A stretch of 64,000 nt of DNA from Octopus vulgaris (Eukaryota), in contig OX597820.1 of NCBI GenBank assembly GCA_951406725.2, forward strand, positions 117,366,001 through 117,430,000. Direction: 5' to 3'. Position 1 is the stretch's first letter. Each line of letters opens with the position of its first letter. Made by a program: the position numbers and the translations under genes. The notes under the pieces were generated by a model, which was given only the letters and a program-made list of their open reading frames with translations, did not search any database and had not been told where the DNA came from. This document shows positions 57,064 through 64,000 of the stretch, piece by piece.

Positions 57064-58434
57064 GTAGGTCTCCTACGAGGACTAAAAACGCTTACTAGAA
57101 GTCCTCCGGCTCCGAGAATTCGTGCATGTAAAACATCTGGAAATTTGAAACTGCTCAAGCTTATCTTTTAAAGCCTGAATTCTATCTTCTTTTGTCTTAC
57201 GAAATTTCGCCGACTCAGAGGAAACACAAGAGACGAAGGTAGGAGAATAAACTTCAACATTTCTGGTATTTGAAAAGGAAATACCCAAGATACCATTTCC
57301 CAAGTCGGCCAATTGAACAGTCGAGCTCTGCTTTCTTACGGACATTAAAATGGCTTGCACATATAAAGGGAAGCTCCAGAAAAAGTGTTGTCGCAACATT
57401 GACTCTTCGAGTGGGTTATCCTCAGTCGTCTCAAAAGTTGAAGAGGCTTCTTATCTCCTAAAATTTTTTGTAAAAGAGTAGGTGAAAACGTTTCTGTTTG
57501 GACCTAGAAATCCGTCGCAAAATTTCTACTTTCATACTGGCATTTTACGATAAGATGTGAGGTCGGAATGGTTGCTAATCAAATCTTTGAATTCGCTGCG
57601 TAAGACAGGAGGCAAAACATTGACCAAAAAGGTGAAATTGGTGCGTATCTGAAGAAATTTTGTTCACTGCGAAATTGGCTTCCAGCTGAGAAAAGCAAAT
57701 GGAAGAATTTCCAGTATATGGAAATGAAGTGAAGAACAAGGCAACTTGAGTAGCTAAGCTATCGCTATTTTCAGAAGAAACAGACGGGCCAGGTGAAGTC
57801 GCCATTCTTTTCGAACAGAAATTAGATGAAACCACGCAAACGAAAGGATATGAAAAACTTAAATGCTGGTCGTTATAGCGAACTTCAAGATCAACTTCAC
57901 TCCGGAATCACATTCGAGAGAAGGGAGTTTCCTTGGTGTTTAAGGGTAGATTTGACGGATATTTAGAGCAAGACGAAAGGTACGCCTCAGCTAACAGTGG
58001 GTGGATGAGCAATTGTTTGTATGTGAGTGTAATGGTAGAAATGGGCCGTAAATTGTTTGGTCTTGTGTTGGGTAGAGTAGAAGGTTGAAATGTCGGTGTT
58101 TATCCGAGTATATATATACGTCTTTTAGAGGAAAGCTAGTTGGTTATGAATTCCAACAAGAGCAGCTGTGTTTAAGCAGAAGATTAATTGTCGTTCACAG
58201 CGGAGCCTATCTGTTATTAAGTTTTTCATTGAGAAACTGGAGACAGATGTAAATACATCTTGTTATTCTCTTTGTACATGGGAAAATGAAGGAGATTGTC
58301 TTATCATGTTCTACAGTTCAACGGATGACCTCTCAATCTTCTGCCTACGAGGACTTGTAACAACCTTTTAAATCAAACAAACTATGAGTTTATGTATGTA
58401 AAAAGTATGTTTGTGCGTGAATGCATGTGTGTGT

Positions 58435-58487
<53 letters not shown>

Positions 58488-58488
<1 letters not shown>

Positions 58489-58890
58489 TCTTTTTACTCT
58501 TTTACTTGTTTCAGTCGTTTGACTGCGGCCATGCTGGAGCACCGCCTTTAGTCGAGCAAATCGACCCCAGGACTTATTCTTTGTAAGCCCAGTACTTATT
58601 CTATCGGTTTCTTTTGCCGAACCGCTAAGTGACGGGGACGTAAACACACCAGCATCGGTTGTCAAGCAATGCTAGGGGGACAAACACATACACATACATA
58701 CATATACATATATATATACATATATACGACGGGCTTCTTTCAGTTTCCGTCTACCAAATCCACTCACAAGGCTTTGGTCGGCCCGAGGCTATAGTAGAAG
58801 ACACTTGCCCAAAGTGCCACGCAGTGGGACTGAACCCGGAACCATGCGGTTGGAAAGCAAGCTACTTACCACACAGCCACTCCTGCGCCT
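58488..58890 (-). mobile_element. Family A SINE, full length
   Basis: Near-consensus copy. Confidence 0.9.
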
Positions 58891-59111
58891 ATATATATAT
58901 GTATTGATTTCAAATTTTGGCACAAACCAAATTTCGTGGGAGGGTTAAATCGATCGCATCCATTCCAGTGCTCAACTTACTTTGATCGACCTCGAAAGGA
59001 TGAAAGACAAAGACAACCTCGACGGAATTCGAACTCAGAACGGGAAGACGGAAGAAATGCCGCTGCAAGTTTTAACCGGCATGCTAACGATTCAGCCAAC
59101 ATGACGCCTTT

Positions 59112-59370
59112 ACACACACCTATAAACATACACACATACATACACACACACACCTATATACATACACACACACCTATATACATACACACACACCTATATA
59201 CATACACACATACACACACACACACCTATATACATACATACATACATACACACACACCTATATACATACACACACACCTATATACATACACACATACATA
59301 CACACACACCTATATACATACACACATACGTACACACATACACACACACACAACATACGTTTATATACGT

Positions 59371-59432
<62 letters not shown>

Positions 59433-59703
59433 GCATGTGTATTCATTCGTGTTTGCGTGGTTTATGTGTTATTTGTAACCGAGATTTTGTTCGATCTTGT
59501 TTATTTTCGTTCATCGATCAGTTTTTCTTGAACATCCAGCAATGGTTTCTCTGTGTCTGTATTAAAAACATCGATTTCTCGTGCCAGTTCCTCTCGCTCG
59601 TTATTCTACAACAGAGATGCTCGTCTACTTTTTAGCAACGTTGCGTTAAACTTCAGCAAAAGTATGTATACGTCACACACACACGTGCACACACACACAC
59701 ACG

Positions 59704-59749
<46 letters not shown>

Positions 59750-59940
59750 CACAAACACACACGCACATACACACACACGCACATACACAAACACACACGC
59801 ACACACACAAATACACACACACACACACACACACACACATACGCACATACACACACACACACAAATACACAAACACACATACACACACAAACACACACAC
59901 ATACACAAACACAAACACACAGGCACACACACAAACACAG

Positions 59941-59975
<35 letters not shown>

Positions 59976-60062
59976 AACACAAACACACAAACAAACACAC
60001 ATACACAGACACACACATATACACACACACACACACATGCGCACGTGGGCACGTACGCACAC
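59112..60062. repeat. (CA)n-rich microsatellite blocks (59112-59430, 59673-60062)
   Basis: Source of the HT/CV pseudo-ORFs. Confidence 0.95.
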
Positions 60063-60275
60063 TCGCATCCGGAAGCAGAATAAAACAGATAACGTGTTTT
60101 ATTGTAACACCATAAATTACATACACTTTACACGTGTTTCTCTAGTAACTAATTGTATGCTGCGCACTAATCGTTTGGAAGACGATTGCAAAATCACCTC
60201 GAAACGCCAGGTATTCAGAAGAAAATAGTAATTTAATTCATTCTATTGGTTATCAATGCTAAATGAGAACTATGT

Positions 60276-60433
60276 GCGCAGGCGTGGCTGTGTGGTAAGA
60301 AGCTTGCTTCTCAACCACATGGTTCCAGGTCCAGTCCCTCTGCGTAGCACCCTGGGAAAGTGTCTTCTTCTATAACCTCGGGCCGATCAAAGCCTTGTGA
60401 GTGGTAGACGGAAATTGAAAGAGGCCCGTCGCA

Positions 60434-60473
<40 letters not shown>

Positions 60474-60474
60474 C

Positions 60475-60521
<47 letters not shown>

Positions 60522-60534
60522 CATCCATCTATCC

Positions 60535-60621
<87 letters not shown>

Positions 60622-60622
60622 C

Positions 60623-60680
<58 letters not shown>

Positions 60681-60862
60681 GTGTTTGTCACCCCACCATC
60701 GCTTGGTAACAGACGTTGGTGAGTTTACGTCCCTGCAACTTAACGGTTCGGCAAAAGAGACCGATAAAATAAGTACTAGACTTACAAAGAATAAGTCCTG
60801 GGTTCGATTTGTTCGATTTGCTCCAGCATGGCCACGATTAGATGACTGAAACAAGTAAAAGA
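60276..60862 (+). mobile_element. Family A SINE with (ATCT)n expanded in its internal microsatellite slot
   Basis: Head 60276-60432, (ATCT)n 60433-60680, tail 60681-60862. Confidence 0.88.
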
Positions 60863-60863
60863 A

Positions 60864-61034
60864 ACATTATTTACATTATTTACATTTGACGGATATTTGT
60901 CCTTATATGGCGTAGTGGTTAAGAGCGACGGCTACTAATCCCAAGATTCCGAGTTCGATTCCAGGCAGTGACCTGAATAATAATAATAATAGTAATAATA
61001 ATAATAACATCGAAAAATACCTTAGGAATGAGAA
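60864..61034. mobile_element. Deleted copy of the palindromic tRNA/hammerhead element
   Basis: Left-arm outer end ACATTATTTACATTTGACGGATATTTGTCCT joined to right-arm head TATATGGCGTAGTGGTTAAGAG...GAGTTCGATTCC...(AAT)n...GAAAAATACCTTAGGAATGAGAA. Confidence 0.75.
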
Positions 61035-62201
61035 GAAGAAGAAGAAGAAGAAGAAGAACGGATGATGATGATGATGATGCCGCCGCAGTCCTTGTCGTCA
61101 TGATCGTCGTCATCAGGGTCGCCTTCCACTTGAAGTGATACTGGAAGACAGCGAATGCTTTGTTCGAAATGTCTGACTTCTAGTCTCGCACACTCTCACC
61201 CACCAACATACTATTTACTTTGCTATAACTACCAGGATTTAAAAACACCGCTGCCGATGAATGAGCCACTATGTTGTCTCTTGGAATGCAAGAAACAGCA
61301 ATCACGTCGCTCTTGAATAACATCCTAGAGTCATTAAAATAGATACACCTTGCCAGAAAAAAAAAAAACGAAGACGTGGTAATTGTTGTTGAGATGTCTT
61401 CGTTTCTAGGTTTACTGGATCGGGCGTGAACTGAGGTTAAACAGCTACAAAAACAACGCCAACATTGTTTAGGGTTGGGCGTGGAACGATCTTTACGATA
61501 GAATCAATTTGCAACTTGGTTTGTGATTCAACAACTTTTCTTATTAAAGTCCCGAGCATGCACATCAAAAATATTTGACGAGCGCATAAAAAATAGTTTA
61601 GTTTTCATTGCAGAAGCTGTGTTTGTGAACAGAACTGATAATTCTAGCATGTCAAGAACTTGGGGGGTGTTATCCGTAACTGTACAACACGCCAGAACCC
61701 CCAGAAACTCATTGCTTTAAACTCTGCTTTAAACCCTCTCGAGAATGTGGGAATCGTGGTCGCATCAACTGCGTTGTCAAACATTTGGATACAATGACCA
61801 CCAGGTTGTAATAAAGGCGCGTGGCTTAATGGCTAGGATATTCAGCTCACGATCGCAAGGTCGTGTGTTCAATGCCCAGCGGCGCGTTGTGCCCTTGATT
61901 AAGACTCCTTATTTCACGTTACTCCTGTCAAAAATGAGTAGTGTCTGTATTTCAAAGAGTCGGCCTTGTCATATTCTGTGACGCTGAATCGCCTTGAAAA
62001 CTACGTTAAGAGTATGCATGTCTGTGGAGTGCTCAGCCACTTGCACGTTAATTTGATGAGCAGGCTGTTCGGTTGATCGGATCAGCTGGAACCCTCGTCG
62101 TCGTAACCGACGGAGGGCCAGTAATCTCCTGGTTCATACTTGTTTCAAAACTGAGACGCTGTTTAAAATAGGAGTCGAAAAAAGAAAAACATTTACCAAA
62201 T

Positions 62202-62503
62202 AGGCGCAGGAGTGGCTGTGTGGTAAGTAGCTTGCTTACCAACCACATGGTTCCGGGTTCAGTCCCACTGCGTGGCACCTTGGGCAAGTGCCTTCTACTC
62301 TAGCCCCGGGCCGACCAAAGCCTTGTGAGTGGATTTGGTAGACGGAAACTGAAAGAAACCCGTCGTATATATGTATATATATATATATATATATATAATT
62401 TTAATCCAAACGGGAAACAAAAAAACAACAACAAGGGAAATGTGTGTATCGTATGTAGCGTGCCAGCGTGTGTTGAGTAGTAGTGTGTGTGTGTGTCCAG
62501 TGT

Positions 62504-62574
<71 letters not shown>

Positions 62575-62780
62575 TGTGCCTGTGTTTGTCCTCCTAGCAT
62601 TGCTTGACAACCGATGCTGGTGTGTTTATGTCCCCGTCAATTAGTGGTTCGGCAAAAGAGACCGATAGAATAAGTACTGGGCTTACAAAGAATAAGTCCC
62701 GGGGTCGAGTTGCTCGACTAAAGGCGGTGCTCCAGCATGGCCGCAGTCAAATGACTGAAACAAGTAAAAGAGTAAAGAGT
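62202..62780 (+). mobile_element. Family A SINE with an insertion in its internal (TA)n
   Basis: Head 62202-62366, foreign segment 62400-62508, tail 62570-62780. Confidence 0.88.
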
Positions 62781-63632
62781 AAATATTTACCAAAAAAAAA
62801 AAGGTTTGTTTTTCCTTTGAAGCATCTTTGCGCGTGGTGAATCTTCTTTAAAAAGAGTATGGTAATATCTGCTCCTGCTCCCCTTTGGGGCGGGGGGTAA
62901 ACAGCAGATGGAGTTTCTCAACAACGATTCTTGGGTATTTTAGAAAAGTCAAAAGATCGGTGCTCGAATTTGGTCAAACATTTGTTCTTCGGAACAAGCA
63001 ACTGCTGTACGGCTGTTGTTCACCCACTGACTACCTTTGTTCAACCTTTCAAGAACAACGTCCTCTGAGCTATATTTTGAGGAACATTTACCATTCCTTT
63101 GACTATCTCATTTCATTTCTTCTGTAAGTGGAAGAGGTCTGGATGAAACTAGACCAACAGCCAGATGGCAATTATCCATTGGCATGGATTTGCCTCAATA
63201 TCTTCTCGTTTATCTTTGATTATATAATCTTGTAGTTAACCAGTTTTGAATGCTCATGTAGATTTAAAAACAAATTCGCGTTCATTATGTTTATATAGTC
63301 GCGTAGACAGATATCACATTATTGTCCTACAATAGAAGCGAGATGCTCATTGAAATGCACCAATTTCTCAGTGGAGGCGCTTCGATAAATATGTACAGCA
63401 ACGAGACTAGACATATTATTTGAGCGAAATTCATCTGCTTCTCTATGTGAGTCGAGCAACCATATGGAGGCGCTCTCCTTTCTTTAAAATAAAATACGGT
63501 TATCGTTGTAGCTATTGTTGTTTAGTCCCAAGATAGCTCTGACTGAGAAAATACATAGTCAAAGATGTCCCAACCATGACCATCTCGACTGTTATTTGAA
63601 ACATAGAGTATCAATAACTACATTATCCAGTA

Positions 63633-64000
63633 CTAGCAGTATCGCCCGGCGTTGCTCGGATTTGTAAGGGAAATAACTATATAAGCATTTTTAGAGTTAT
63701 AGCCAAAAAATAGCAAAAAAATGCATTAAAAATGGAAAAAAAATTATGGTAATTTTTTTTTTAATCGTTGACTCATCGTAGACATTTTTAGAGAGTTACT
63801 TCCCTTATATAATAGCGAAAAAAATGCATTAAAATGGAAAAAAATTATGGTAAATTTTTTTAAATCGTAGACTCATCGTAGACGCGTGCTAATAGCCAGA
63901 CGGGCTCGATATGAATCACGACTATAAGATACCCGGTTTTGGTTAAACTGCACCGCAAAATGTGGGAGTAGTTAGGAATCTAAATCGTAGGAGACAGACA
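63633..64000 (-). mobile_element. Non-autonomous Helitron (body type 1), cut by window end
   Basis: Reverse complement of the 17183-17578 family; A|CTAGCAGTATCGCCCGGCGTTGCTCGG. Confidence 0.82.

Larger units (their letters stand above)
54820..57860 (-). mobile_element. Degenerate Ty3/Gypsy LTR retrotransposon (gag-protease-RT), interrupted by younger elements
   Basis: Minus-strand fragments: FSQLEANFAVNKISSD (gag N-terminus), PILGANSLRHFGLLVDLK (protease), FPGITRP...VHSVTHHVITKGHPV...RRL | DKLQIAEDEFNHMLDLGI, DYRRL, VPHIHDFSASL, APKTAITTTFGLFEFLKMPFALRNAANTF (RT). Confidence 0.85.

Noticed and set aside
57860-58380. Gypsy 5' LTR and primer-binding site
   Set aside because: The position fits, but I found no second LTR copy, TG...CA ends or clear tRNA-complementary PBS.
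59553-60126. HT- and CV-repeat ORFs resembling metal-binding or Cys-rich proteins
   Set aside because: Translations of (CA)n microsatellite.

Overview
Eukaryotic, AT-rich and repeat-dense DNA, most likely from an octopod cephalopod (inferred from the SINE and microsatellite landscape, not from a search). The only host gene I can support is the first coding exon of a heparan-sulfate 6-O-sulfotransferase (HS6ST, minus strand, 48039-48619). It ends at a GTAAGT donor, and the second coding exon is not visible, so about 1-48038 is probably one large intron. The rest is mobile-element debris: several tRNA-headed SINE families, RTE LINE pieces and tails, a stack of R4/Dong-like restriction-endonuclease LINE ends in (AAT)n, a HERO-like LINE, a DD34E Tc1 transposase fragment, hAT- and piggyBac-type MITEs, non-autonomous Helitrons, a heavily interrupted Ty3/Gypsy element, a 4.1 kb minisatellite and long (TA)n/(CA)n tracts. 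The most unusual items are: (i) a palindromic element made of two head-to-head tRNA-like Pol III units, each ending in a decayed minimal hammerhead-ribozyme motif (35592-36125), with a second deleted copy at 60864-61034; (ii) several local foldback duplications, up to about 940 bp; (iii) a higher-order minisatellite that grows out of an RTE 3' UTR motif. Most ORFs in the supplied track are microsatellite or SINE artefacts. Repeat boundaries were read by eye and are approximate unless a TSD or TIR is quoted.
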